Source of the DNA: Terriglobia bacterium
GTDB lineage: Bacteria; Acidobacteriota; Terriglobia; 20CM-2-55-15
DNA length: 64,000 bases
Assembly: GCA_963664115.2 (NCBI GenBank)
Contig: CAXWPJ010000010.1
Coordinates: 96,001 to 160,000, forward strand
Direction: 5' to 3'
Shown here: positions 1-9,552 of the stretch, piece after piece
Numbering within the stretch: position 1 is the stretch's first letter
Layout of the letters: each line of letters begins with the position of its first letter
Notes under the pieces: generated by a model
Database searches by the model: none
What the model was told of the DNA's origin: nothing
The model's input: the letters and a program-made list of their open reading frames with translations, nothing else
Translations under genes and position numbers: made by a program

Positions 1-2
1 TG

Positions 3-242
3 AGCGCCCTTGTCGGGGTTCGCGAACTGACGATTGGAACCACAATTTGTCTGGTCGTGCTCATAGCGGCCTTCGATCGGTGGTCCATCCTTTTCGCCGC
101 GGCCGCACTACTGGTCACAGGCAGCTGGGGAATCATCTGTTACCGTAAAATTCAGGGCGTTACCGGAGATACCCTTGGGGCATCCATCGCAGTCAATGAA
201 ATAGTCGTCCTGTTCATCGGTGTCGTGGGCATCGTCCGATGA
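3..242 (+). CDS. cobS: Adenosylcobinamide-GDP ribazoletransferase (cobalamin synthase), C-terminal part, 5'-truncated by the window
   Basis: Frame is open from nt 3. Hydrophobic helices and the C-terminal CobS motif GVTGDTLGA...E; overlaps a cobC-like gene. Confidence 0.8.
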   Translation, partial: SALVGVRELTIGTTICLVVLIAAFDRWSILFAAAALLVTGSWGIICYRKIQGVTGDTLGASIAVNEIVVLFIGVVGIVR

Positions 243-880
243 GTCAGGTGAGCCATAGAGCGGCAGCTCTTCGAATCTGGCTCATCCGGCACGCCGAACC
301 GCTTCGAAATAGAATGGGATATTTAGACAGCCGGGATGGAATCCCCTTGTCGGAGGCCGGCCACGTGCAGGCAGCCAGACTAGCCGCACGACTCGCCAGA
401 GAGCCCTTGGCAGCCGTGTACAGCAGTCCCATGCGGCGCGCCATGGACACAGCCACGCCCATCGCGAACGCGGGCCGACTTTCTGTAATTCAAAACAATG
501 GTTTCAGGGAGATCGACTTCGGGGATTTTGAGGGACGCGAGTTCGATGATCTGCAGATCACCTACCCTGAACTCTACGAACAGTGGATGGCGCGGCCCAC
601 AGAGATGACCTTTCCCAATGGGGAAAGCTTCAGCGGGTTCAAGCAGCGGGTTATGCACGCCTTCAAAGGCTTGACCCGGCGGAAGGCGCCCGCCACGATA
701 GCCGTCGTCTCGCACGCGGGCGTGAATCGACTCCTGATCGCAAACGCGCTTTCGCTCTGTGACGACTGCCTTTTTCGAATCGGACAGAACTACGCGTCTT
801 TGAGTCGCATCGCATATTTCGACAACTCAGCCGTTGTCGAACTTCTCAACGGTTCGGCCGGGGATTCGGCCGGAACTTAG
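239..880 (+). CDS. cobC: Histidine phosphatase family protein, likely alpha-ribazole phosphatase
   Basis: LIRHAE, SSPMRRA, EIDFGDFEG, FPNGES and VSHAG motifs; ATGA overlap with cobS. Confidence 0.75.
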   Translation: MSQVSHRAAALRIWLIRHAEPLRNRMGYLDSRDGIPLSEAGHVQAARLAARLAREPLAAVYSSPMRRAMDTATPIANAGRLSVIQNNGFREIDFGDFEGREFDDLQITYPELYEQWMARPTEMTFPNGESFSGFKQRVMHAFKGLTRRKAPATIAVVSHAGVNRLLIANALSLCDDCLFRIGQNYASLSRIAYFDNSAVVELLNGSAGDSAGT

Positions 881-932
881 TCGATCTGGCACTCACAATT
901 ACGCGCCAACCAGGATAATTCTGCGGTTTCTA

Positions 933-2083
933 GTGGTCCCCGTTAAACAGACTGTAACTTATCAAGATTTCGCCGGCCGCGCTGGACTTTAGCAAGGATG
1001 TCGGAAGCCGTTGCAGTCCAGATGAAGGGTTTCGGGTCTTCATTGTGACGAGCGAGGTAGTCCTCCACGGCCTGGATCAACTCGGGGACCGAGCGGAAAA
1101 CGCCACGCCGGAGTCGTTGCTCGGACAGATCCCGGAAAAAGCGCTCGACCATGTTGAGCCACGACGCACTGGTTGGCGTGAAGTGCACATGAAAACGCTT
1201 GTTACGCTTGAGCCAGTTGACGACTTTCTGATGTTTGTGAGTCGCATAGTTGTCGCAAATAATGTGGATCTCCTTATCTTTCGGCATGGCGCGTTTGATC
1301 TGATTCAGAAACCGGATCCATTCCTGATGGCGATGCTTTGGCATGCAGGTTCCGATGACCGAACCGTCCAGGATGTTGAGCGCGGCGAAAAGCGTGGTTG
1401 TCCCGTTACGTTTGTAATCGTGGGTCATGGTGCCACACCGCCCCTTCTTCAGAGGTAACCCGGGTTGCGTGCGGTCCAGGGCCTGCATCTGGCTCTTCTC
1501 ATCGCAGGACAAGACAATGGCGTTTTCCGGTGGGCTCAGATACAGACCGACCACATCCTCCAGCTTTTCGGCGAATCGTTTGTCGTTGGATAGTTTGAAG
1601 GTTCGTGACAGATGAGGCTTCAGTCCATGGACCCGCCAGATTTTCCCGACCGTGGACTCGCTCACGCCAACGGCCTTCGCCATCGAGGCCCGACTCCAGT
1701 GCGTCGCGTTCGGGGGCTTCTCTTCCAGTGTCTTCTTGACGATCCGGGCTCGCTTCCGGCGACTGATCGTGGGAATCCGTCCGCTTCGCGGCGCATCCTT
1801 TTCGATCCCAGCCAAGCCCTGTTCCACAAAACGATTGCGCCAGCGGCCCGCTTTCTGGCGCGTGATCTCCAAGCGGGCGGCGATCTCATAATTGTTCCGA
1901 CCTTCAGCGGCCAGTAATACAATTCGGGATCGTTCCGCCAACCGGACCGATGTACTCCGGCTTCGACTCAGTCGCTCCAACTCCATCCGCTGCTTGTCAT
2001 CCAATTCAATGGTCGGTGCTTTCCTCATTCTCTATTGGACGTTGGAAAGCTATTTTAGTTACATTACTTCGAGCGGGGTACAC
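933..2083 (-). mobile_element. IS630-family insertion sequence
   Basis: Imperfect 27-bp terminal inverted repeats (GTGGTCCCCGTT..TGTAACT vs GTGTACCCCGCT..TGTAACT, 18/27). Flanked by duplicated TA (931-932, 2084-2085) in CTAG context. Confidence 0.9.
943..2028 (-). CDS. IS630-family DDE transposase
   Basis: N-terminal HTH; SCDEKSQ, HDYKRNGT, CDNYATHK and SASWLNMVERFF motifs. Confidence 0.95.
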   Translation of the reverse strand: MRKAPTIELDDKQRMELERLSRSRSTSVRLAERSRIVLLAAEGRNNYEIAARLEITRQKAGRWRNRFVEQGLAGIEKDAPRSGRIPTISRRKRARIVKKTLEEKPPNATHWSRASMAKAVGVSESTVGKIWRVHGLKPHLSRTFKLSNDKRFAEKLEDVVGLYLSPPENAIVLSCDEKSQMQALDRTQPGLPLKKGRCGTMTHDYKRNGTTTLFAALNILDGSVIGTCMPKHRHQEWIRFLNQIKRAMPKDKEIHIICDNYATHKHQKVVNWLKRNKRFHVHFTPTSASWLNMVERFFRDLSEQRLRRGVFRSVPELIQAVEDYLARHNEDPKPFIWTATASDILAKVQRGRRNLDKLQSV

Positions 2084-2955
2084 TAGATCCCGGCAAGATC
2101 TTCCATAGGCTGTCCTCGCATTTGCTCCACGAAGGCCACCGGATCGCCCATGGGAACCACATATACCTCTTCGATCCCGAGCGCTGTGTAGTCTTTCATT
2201 TCAGCTATGAAAGCGTCCGGCTTGCCTTGACCCAGGGCCTGCCCTCTGTAGAGGACAGTCTTCGTGATGGCGTCATAGTTGGTTCCTTCGTTCTCACAGT
2301 GTCCCCGAAGTATCTCAAGCTTGTGCTTCGCCTCGTCCGCAGTCTCCGTGATGAGGTTGCAGGCGTCAGCGTACCTGGCAACGAGCCGGAGGGTCTTCCG
2401 CTCGCCCCCACCCCCGATCATGATCGGCGGATGGGGCTTCGTGATCGGCTGCGGCGAGCAGAGGGTTTCGGCGAGTTGGTAGTGCTTGCCTTCGAAGGGT
2501 CCATTGTTATCGCTCCACATCTGCTTGCAGATCTGAAGCGTTTCCTCCAGACGCTCGAAACGCTCCGAAATCGGCGGGAACCCCACGCCCAAACCCACGT
2601 GCTCGCGCTCATACCACGCCGCTCCAATGCCCAATTCTGCCCGGCCCTCAGATAGGACATCAGCGCTGGTTACGATCTTGGCCAAAAGGCCCGGATGCCG
2701 ATAGGTGACGCCGGTCACGAGGAGCCGCAGTTGAACTCTTTCGGTACATGCGGCGAGAAATCCGAGCGTTGTGTACCCCTCCAGCATCTCGTGTTCGGCC
2801 GGGAACAGGAAATCCATTTGAAAATAGTGATCCATGGCGGACACCGAAGAGCACCCAATCTCTTCGGCCGTCTCCGCAATCCGCCGGAGCGTCGGTGCGA
2901 TGCTGTGAGGACTGCCCGGCCAGGTGAAGCTGACTAGGTGGATTCCCAGTTTCAT
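2083..2955 (-). CDS. LLM-class (luciferase-like) probable F420-dependent oxidoreductase
   Basis: MDHYFQ, EGYTTLGFLAA, VTGVTYRHPGLLAK, GIGAAWYEREH and IGGGGERKTLRLVARYAD motifs. Confidence 0.9.
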   Translation of the reverse strand: MKLGIHLVSFTWPGSPHSIAPTLRRIAETAEEIGCSSVSAMDHYFQMDFLFPAEHEMLEGYTTLGFLAACTERVQLRLLVTGVTYRHPGLLAKIVTSADVLSEGRAELGIGAAWYEREHVGLGVGFPPISERFERLEETLQICKQMWSDNNGPFEGKHYQLAETLCSPQPITKPHPPIMIGGGGERKTLRLVARYADACNLITETADEAKHKLEILRGHCENEGTNYDAITKTVLYRGQALGQGKPDAFIAEMKDYTALGIEEVYVVPMGDPVAFVEQMRGQPMEDLAGI

Positions 2956-3223
2956 TAGAGTCTCCCTTCTTGGATCAAACGCGGCGAATTCGCGGGACGA
3001 CTAGAATACCGTTTTCACATTGCTGCCGCTTTTCAAAATTCGGCGAACAAATGAGGTGTCCGTTGTTCAGACCTGATTATCCGCACAACCAAAGCCCAAC
3101 CTCAAGGCCTGATGACGGAGGGAAAATAAATTGACCCCCACTTGAACCCTGGTGTTACATGTAATTAGTTTTCATAAGAATCATCGTATGTTCTCAGAGA
3201 CATCACGCCGGAAAGGAACAACA

Positions 3224-3727
3224 ATGCAAATCCTAAAAATGTTTTCGATATTACTGCTGCTCGCCATGACCGTAACCGCACAGGGGCCTGAACCTAAAAT
3301 CCATGGAACCGTAAACGACGTCATGATCGGCATCATCTACCCGAGTTCCAATAACGTCTTTGCTGCCCAGTCGGAGGATCCGAACGCTCCATCCGATGAT
3401 TTTTCGTTCGACTATTATGGAGGCTGGATCGAGGTCGGAAGCGCCGCAATCGCCGTAGCGGAATCCGCCAACCTCATTACAATTCCCGGACGCCAGTGCG
3501 CGAACGGAACGCCTGCTCCGGAGGGTGCCGAAGATTGGCTGGGTTGGGTTGAGGATATGCGGGCATCTGGATTGGCCGCCTACGAGGCCGCACAGTCGGA
3601 GAGTCAAGACGCCCTAATCGAGATTACCGATCAACTCGCCGCATCGTGCAGTAACTGTCATGCCAGGTATGTGGACGTGTCGGATCGTTGTGTGGGGTTA
3701 GGAGCCGTCAGCTTTCAGACAATCTGA
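3224..3727 (+). CDS. Secreted c-type cytochrome (cytochrome c'-like, C-terminal heme)
   Basis: ATG at 3224 after AAGGA; signal peptide; CSNCH heme motif near the C-terminus. Confidence 0.7.
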   Translation: MQILKMFSILLLLAMTVTAQGPEPKIHGTVNDVMIGIIYPSSNNVFAAQSEDPNAPSDDFSFDYYGGWIEVGSAAIAVAESANLITIPGRQCANGTPAPEGAEDWLGWVEDMRASGLAAYEAAQSESQDALIEITDQLAASCSNCHARYVDVSDRCVGLGAVSFQTI

Positions 3728-3728
3728 C

Positions 3729-3759
3729 CTGCAGGTGCGGTCGGTGCCCGCGCCTACAG
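3729..3759. repeat. GC-rich hairpin between convergent genes (REP-like or bidirectional terminator)
   Basis: CTGCAGGTGCGG-N7-CCGCGCCTACAG; reads GTAGGCGCGG... on the minus strand. Confidence 0.5.
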
Positions 3760-3763
3760 AACA

Positions 3764-6700
3764 TCAATCACCTGCCGGGGCTGCGTCGGCGCCTTGGTCC
3801 AAACCTTCATCCCACACTTCCTCTTCCTGACGCCCGTATCTCAGATACAGGGTCGGCATGACGATCATGTTAAGAAACGTAGACGTCAGCATTCCACCCA
3901 GAATCACAGCGGCCATCGGCTGCTGAATTTCCTGCCCTGGAATCCCGACTCCCAGGGCCAACGGTATCAGGCCGACTCCTGTCACGAGAGCGGTCATCAG
4001 GATGGGGCTCAAACGTTCCATCGATCCCTGAATGACAGCCTGACGGAAGGCCACGCCTTCCTCGATCAAATGACGATAGTGGGTGACCAGCATGATGCCG
4101 TTGCGCGTGGCAATGCCGAAAAGCGTAATGAAACCGACCAGCGAAGCCACCGAAAGCGTGCCGCCCGAAAGAAACACGATGAGAACGCCACCGATGAGGG
4201 CTAAGGGCAGGTTCACCATCACCAGCAACGAGGCACGCAGGGACTTCAACGCGATAAACAGGAGAAGAAATATTCCGCCGATCGCAACCAACGACAGCCA
4301 GAATATTCTCAGCGACGCCTGCTCCTGCGCCTCAAACTGGCCGCCATATTGAACGAAGTAACCTTCGGGAAGGGCGACTTCCCTGCCCACCGCTGCCCGA
4401 ACGTCATCGATCACACTGCCCAGATCCCTTCCTGAAACATTGGACTGCACTATGATCCGGCGCTGTCCGTTTTCGCGGTTGATCGTGTTCGGCCCCTGGT
4501 CGGAACGTACGTCGGCTACTTGTGCGATGGGGACCTTCGCGCCCATCGGGGTCTCAATAAGCGTGTTCCGGATTGAATCGAGCGATTCACGGGCTTCGTC
4601 TTCGAGACGGACAACGAGATCGTAGCTTCGCTGCTGCTCCAGGACCTGACCCACCACCCGACCGTTAAAGGCAGTTTCCACTAACTCAGCCAGGTCACCC
4701 GCCGACAGACCAACAGCCGCCGCATTGGCTCGGTCGATATTCACCTGAACCTGTGGCACGCCCACCTGAGGTTCGACCAGCAAGTCGACTACTCCGGGAA
4801 TATTTTCTATCGAAGCCCGGATCTCTTCGGCCTTGTTTCTCAATATTGGCAGGTCGGGCCCGAACAGTTTGATCGCGATCTGCGCCCGGGTGCCCGACAA
4901 CAGGTGGTCGATGCGATGCGATATCGGTTGACCTACCTCCGACGCTGCGCCGGGAATGGGAGCCAGGCTCGCCCGTACCTCGTCCATGATTTCGAACTGC
5001 GACCGCTCGGACGGCCGGATGACGACCTCCAGCTCGCTCGCATTAACTCCCGCGGCATGTTCGTCCTGTTCGGCACGTCCGGTTCGCCTCGTGGTCGAGA
5101 CAACCTCGGGAATTTCGTGGAGCGCACCCTCGACAACGTTACCGATACGGTTCGACTCCTCTAAAGATGTTCCCGGAGGCAGCGTCACATTAATATTCAC
5201 GGCTCCTTCGTTGAAGGGCGGTAGAAATTCACGACCCGTCAGCGGAAGCAAGGCAATGGATGTCACGAGTAATAGAACAGATACAGCAATGACTTCGAAC
5301 GGACGGGCCAGGGCCCACCCCAGTACCTTGCTGTATCGCCGTTTGCTAAACGCCACCAATCGCGAATCACCCGTGCTCTGCCCTCGGGCGAACCGTCCGA
5401 GCATCAAGTAGCACAGGACTGGCGTAACCGTAAGCGCCACGAGTAGCGAGGCCGCTATCGAAAAGATGTATGCGAACGCCAGCGGTGCAAACATACGTCC
5501 TTCAAATCCGGCGAGCGAAAACAAGGGCAGGAAGACGAGAATGATGATCAGCGTCGCATAGTAAATGGAATTCCGAATTTCACTGGACGCTTTAAATACG
5601 ACAGTCGAAATCTTCTCCGGATTTCCCATTGCGACGTTTTGTTTGAGCCGTCGGAATACATTTTCTACATCCACAATCGCGTCGTCCACGAGTTCCCCGA
5701 TGGCGATCGCCAACCCACCCAGCGTCATCGTGTTGATGCTTATTCCGAAATAGCTCATCGCGCAGATGGCGGTCACCAAAGACAGCGGAATGGCGGTCAA
5801 ACTGATGAATGTCGTCCTGAAGTTCCAAAGAAAGAGGAAGAGCACGACGCTCACCAGCACGCCGCCTTCAATCAGCGCGCGACGGACGTTGCCGACCGCA
5901 AGCTCGATGAAGTTGGCCTGCTGAAAAGCCTCAGCGTCGATAGATACGTCGTCGGGCAGCGTCAGCTCGAGGGATTCGAGTATCGTTTCGATCTCCTCGG
6001 TCAGCTCAAGAGTGTTGGCATTCGGCTGCTTCTGGATCGTGACGACGATCGCAGGCTCCATATTGAAGCTTCCGTCGCCCCTCTTGATCGCAGCGCCCAG
6101 GCGGACTTCGGCAACATGTTCGATCAGCACAGGTCGGCCGTCGCGGATTGTGATGACCGACTGAGCCAGATCTTCAATCTGACTCACGCGGCCGCGCCCG
6201 CGAATCAGGAATTCTTCGTTGGTTCGTTCCATAAAACCGCCAGGGCTGACGGCGTTCGCATCCTCGACCGCGTGACTGACGTCTTCGAGAGACAGGTCGT
6301 AATCAACGAGCCTCGTGGGATCAACGATCACCTGGTATTGCTTCAGGTCGCCTCCGATCACAATGACCTGGGACACACCCGTAATCGCGAGCAGGCGTGG
6401 CCTTACGATCCAATCTGCTAGTGAACGAAGATCCATGTTGGATGTTTCGCCCGTCGAGATCATGGATACGAGCATGATCTCGCCCATCGTCGAAGAGATT
6501 GGACCCAACACCGGCGACTCGATTCCGTCAGGCAGTTCCACCTGCTGGAGCTTCTCCGTTACGAGCTGACGCGCCCGGTATATGTCGGTTCCGAGCTCGA
6601 ACTCGGCGAAGATCAACGAGAGTCCTACCGCCGAATTCGAACGGACACGAAATACTCCCGACGTACCATTAAGGACGGATTCGAGCGGCACCGTAACAAG

Positions 6701-6889
6701 CGCTTCCACCTCTTCCGGTGCCAGGCCGTGAGCCTCCGTAAGGACAGTTACCGTAGGGACCGTCAGATCAGGAAAAACATCAATTGGGGTCCGGGCCGCG
6801 ACGATACCGCCGTAAATAAGGAGGCCGACCGCTCCGACGACAACCAGCAGGCGATTGTCCAAAGACCATTGAATAATTCGATCTAGCAT
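3764..6889 (-). CDS. CusA/CzcA-family heavy-metal efflux RND permease
   Basis: 1041 aa; PIDVFPDL, GGLAIAIGELVDDAIVDVEN, GFITLFGIATRNG and ERLSPILMTAL motifs. Confidence 0.95.
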   Translation of the reverse strand: MLDRIIQWSLDNRLLVVVGAVGLLIYGGIVAARTPIDVFPDLTVPTVTVLTEAHGLAPEEVEALVTVPLESVLNGTSGVFRVRSNSAVGLSLIFAEFELGTDIYRARQLVTEKLQQVELPDGIESPVLGPISSTMGEIMLVSMISTGETSNMDLRSLADWIVRPRLLAITGVSQVIVIGGDLKQYQVIVDPTRLVDYDLSLEDVSHAVEDANAVSPGGFMERTNEEFLIRGRGRVSQIEDLAQSVITIRDGRPVLIEHVAEVRLGAAIKRGDGSFNMEPAIVVTIQKQPNANTLELTEEIETILESLELTLPDDVSIDAEAFQQANFIELAVGNVRRALIEGGVLVSVVLFLFLWNFRTTFISLTAIPLSLVTAICAMSYFGISINTMTLGGLAIAIGELVDDAIVDVENVFRRLKQNVAMGNPEKISTVVFKASSEIRNSIYYATLIIILVFLPLFSLAGFEGRMFAPLAFAYIFSIAASLLVALTVTPVLCYLMLGRFARGQSTGDSRLVAFSKRRYSKVLGWALARPFEVIAVSVLLLVTSIALLPLTGREFLPPFNEGAVNINVTLPPGTSLEESNRIGNVVEGALHEIPEVVSTTRRTGRAEQDEHAAGVNASELEVVIRPSERSQFEIMDEVRASLAPIPGAASEVGQPISHRIDHLLSGTRAQIAIKLFGPDLPILRNKAEEIRASIENIPGVVDLLVEPQVGVPQVQVNIDRANAAAVGLSAGDLAELVETAFNGRVVGQVLEQQRSYDLVVRLEDEARESLDSIRNTLIETPMGAKVPIAQVADVRSDQGPNTINRENGQRRIIVQSNVSGRDLGSVIDDVRAAVGREVALPEGYFVQYGGQFEAQEQASLRIFWLSLVAIGGIFLLLFIALKSLRASLLVMVNLPLALIGGVLIVFLSGGTLSVASLVGFITLFGIATRNGIMLVTHYRHLIEEGVAFRQAVIQGSMERLSPILMTALVTGVGLIPLALGVGIPGQEIQQPMAAVILGGMLTSTFLNMIVMPTLYLRYGRQEEEVWDEGLDQGADAAPAGD

Positions 6890-6892
6890 TCA

Positions 6893-7279
6893 ATTAGCGT
6901 CGGGCCCACCGGCCCCGATTTCCCCTCCATTAAGAGTGCACTTACGATCCGCCATTGCCTCTGTTGTGGGAGCTCGAACGCCGGCCGGTCCCCCCACGCC
7001 CGCATTAGCGTCGGGCCCACCGGCCCCGATTTCCCCTCCATTAAGAGTGCACTTACGATCCGCCATTGCCTCTGTTGTGGGAGCTCGAACGCCGGCCGGT
7101 CGAACGCCGGCCGGTCCCCCCACGCCCGCATTAGCGTCGGGCCCACCGGCCCCGATTTCCCCTCCATTAAGAGTGCACTTACGATCCGCCATTGCCTCTG
7201 TTGTGGGAGCTCGAACGCCGGCCGGTCCCCCCACGCCCGCATTAGCGTCGGGCCCACCGGCCCCGATTTCCCCTCCATT
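6893..7279. repeat. Tandem array of a 111-bp unit (3 full copies plus a 39-bp partial)
   Basis: Units start at 6893, 7004, 7130 and 7241 (ATTAGCGTCGGGCCCACCGGCCCCGATTTCCCCTCCATT...). Unit 2 has an internal 15-bp duplication (CGAACGCCGGCCGGT); the copies are otherwise identical. Confidence 0.97.
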
Positions 7280-7291
7280 GACTCTGACGTC

Positions 7292-8566
7292 CTATACCTC
7301 ATGGGTATGCGCGCCGGGATCCGCCGGTTGTAGCTCCTGTAGCTTCAACTGGTAGGCTCCTTGCGTCACCACACGCTCGCCCGGTTCCACGCCGGTCAAT
7401 ATCGACACTTCATCGCCGTAGCGCTCTCCCAGAACGACGTTACGGCGTTCGAACTCTTCGCCCGAGAGCAGGACATAAACAATGTCGCGGCCCTCGTGTT
7501 CCATAACGGCTTCAGCCGCAATCGAAACGACTCCCCGCGGAGGTCCGGTAGCCAATCGAATGTTGGCCTGCATACCAATGCGAAGCCGGCCATCCCGATT
7601 CGGTATCGAAAATATCACCGTCGCCGTTCGGGTCTCCTCATCAATGCGCGCACTCACATCCACGAGTTCACCTACGAACTCGACGCCCGGGTAAGCGATC
7701 GTCTCGAAGATCACCTCACCGGTATCGAGCACAGCAGCGAGATCCTTTTCAAAGATCGGGGCTTCGACCCAGACCACGTCGAGGTTCACGATGTCGAGCA
7801 CTGGCTCTCCGGGTTGAACCAGCTCACCCACCTCTTTAAAAATCTGGTTAACGCGGCCTGCGATCGGAGCGGAAAGCACCTGGCGCGGTGCCGTTGTTCG
7901 CATGGCGTTATCCAGATTTGGGGCCTCGGCGAGTGCGGCTAACTGTTCGGAGTAGGAGGCAACGACGGACTCGGCTGCATCGTATTCGGTTTCCGCAGCC
8001 TCTACTGCCTGAAGTGCCATCAATTCTTCTTCGTGCAAACGTCTCGCCCGGGTCCATTCCCGCTCGGCTTGACGCAGGCGTATCTGGGCCTCGGCCCTGG
8101 ACTGCTCCAGACGACGGCGTTCCGACTCGGTGCGGATGGCCTCCAGGCGAAGCAGCGCGGCCTGAGCGGCATCCGCTACCTGGGGCATTTGCTCTATGGT
8201 CAGAACGTCCTCGCCCGAGCGCACCCGTTGTCCGAGAACCGGCAAATTCGCGTCCTTGACCAACCCCGTCACGGGAGAGGAAATGATCGCCGTGTAATTG
8301 TCTGCGGGTACAACGCGGCCTACCGCGCGAACCTGAGGCGACAGTTCCCGACGCTGGGCCTCGGCAAGCTTCATACCGATGAGCCACTGCTGCTCCATCA
8401 AAAAGGTCACGGTACCGTTCGACGCCGGCTCGCCGGCCTCTTCCTCCGCAACGAGTTCCACAGCCTGATTCCGGTAGAGCGTCACCAGCAGCGCCAGAAT
8501 TGCGACTCCCATCAAGGCAATCCATATGGGCCCGGACCGGCGTCGTATCGCATTGGATTCCGTCAT
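7292..8566 (-). CDS. Efflux RND transporter periplasmic adaptor (CzcB/CusB-like MFP)
   Basis: ATG at 8566 after GGAGGA; N-terminal TM helix, FLMEQQW, coiled coil, LSAPIAG, GERVVTQGAYQLKL and a His-containing tail (AHTHEV). Confidence 0.92.
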   Translation of the reverse strand: MTESNAIRRRSGPIWIALMGVAILALLVTLYRNQAVELVAEEEAGEPASNGTVTFLMEQQWLIGMKLAEAQRRELSPQVRAVGRVVPADNYTAIISSPVTGLVKDANLPVLGQRVRSGEDVLTIEQMPQVADAAQAALLRLEAIRTESERRRLEQSRAEAQIRLRQAEREWTRARRLHEEELMALQAVEAAETEYDAAESVVASYSEQLAALAEAPNLDNAMRTTAPRQVLSAPIAGRVNQIFKEVGELVQPGEPVLDIVNLDVVWVEAPIFEKDLAAVLDTGEVIFETIAYPGVEFVGELVDVSARIDEETRTATVIFSIPNRDGRLRIGMQANIRLATGPPRGVVSIAAEAVMEHEGRDIVYVLLSGEEFERRNVVLGERYGDEVSILTGVEPGERVVTQGAYQLKLQELQPADPGAHTHEV

Positions 8567-8595
8567 GTCGTCTATTCCTCCAGTTCTCCTATTTT

Positions 8596-9042
8596 TCACT
8601 CCACCTCAAATCCGCTAAGAGTCATCAGCTCGTCGATCCCGTCGTTCTGAACCCGAAACTCAATGTCGTAAATCCCGGGGTTTGGCGCCGTCAACTCGGC
8701 AACGTAGATACCCGTAACCCGTCCAACCAACGCCGTCGTCCCCGCAGCCTCGTTGGCGCTGCCTTGTGACCGTAGGGACAACCGGACCTGCGCCGCCTGC
8801 ACAGGAGAACCGTCAAGGAGATCGGTCAGATGGATCAAGAACGCGCTCGTCTCACCAGATTTCAAGGGATCGTATTCGAAAAAATTCTCGATCCGGTCGG
8901 TGAACGCGGTGCGAGACAGCACCTCGGTTTCAACTTCCTCGACGACGGCAACGGGCGTTGTACACCCCGCTAGAAACACAGCACACAAAACGAGCATTGC
9001 AGCATGGGCATGGGCAGCGAGGCACAGGTCTCTAGTTTTCAC
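8596..9042 (-). CDS. Lipoprotein with YtkA/FixH-like Ig fold, efflux-operon associated
   Basis: Lipobox FLAGC; FLIHLTDL..GSPV and GIYVAEL..P.PGIY pattern. Confidence 0.6.
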   Translation of the reverse strand: MKTRDLCLAAHAHAAMLVLCAVFLAGCTTPVAVVEEVETEVLSRTAFTDRIENFFEYDPLKSGETSAFLIHLTDLLDGSPVQAAQVRLSLRSQGSANEAAGTTALVGRVTGIYVAELTAPNPGIYDIEFRVQNDGIDELMTLSGFEVE

Positions 9043-9135
9043 AGTCGTCCTTTTTACGTCGGTCTGATGAGAGAGTTCATGCGTCCAGAGTGCACTGACG
9101 CACGTCAGCGCGGACGCGCCACGGCTAAGGGAAGT

Positions 9136-9543
9136 CTAAACGGGGGGAGGTCTTGAGGACAAATTCGAACCGGGCGGGTCCCGAGCCCGGTCCGGCCGGC
9201 GCGCACCCTGGCGTGCGCTCGTCTGGAACTGCGGCGTTACATCCGCGTGCGACTGAGTGGACTCTGCAACAGGAAACGGCTTGCCAGCGAGCGAAAGAAA
9301 GAGGTCGACGTGATCGCCCTTATGAGATGCAACGTCAATGAAGGGATCATCGGTTTCTCGAGCGCCTGCTCCAGCACCCTGACCAGCGAGAGAAAAATGC
9401 GAGTGCACCTGGAGCCCGTGTGCACTTCCAGCACCGTGATGCCCTTCTTCGGAATGCACATGCGAAAAGGGTGCGTAGGCAAGCGTCGATAACATGAGAA
9501 CGAGCGCTGCCAAAGAGGTGATGCAGGAAGTCACGGAGTTCAC
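9136..9543 (-). CDS. His-rich exported leader protein with Pro-rich C-terminus (DUF2946/RAPP-like arrest-peptide candidate)
   Basis: Hydrophobic N-terminus, HVHSEEGHHGAGSAHGLQVHSH, and the end RARDPPGSNLSSRPPPV*. The start is uncertain: GTG 9543 lies just after a sigma70 promoter, while the ORF caller used 9615. Confidence 0.6.
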   Translation of the reverse strand: MNSVTSCITSLAALVLMLSTLAYAPFSHVHSEEGHHGAGSAHGLQVHSHFSLAGQGAGAGARETDDPFIDVASHKGDHVDLFLSLAGKPFPVAESTQSHADVTPQFQTSARQGARRPDRARDPPGSNLSSRPPPV

Positions 9544-9552
9544 AGTGTGTTC

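Noticed and set aside
6893-7279. CRISPR array (39-bp repeat with 72-bp intervals)
   Set aside because: The intervening sequences are identical rather than unique spacers, and there are no cas genes in the window.
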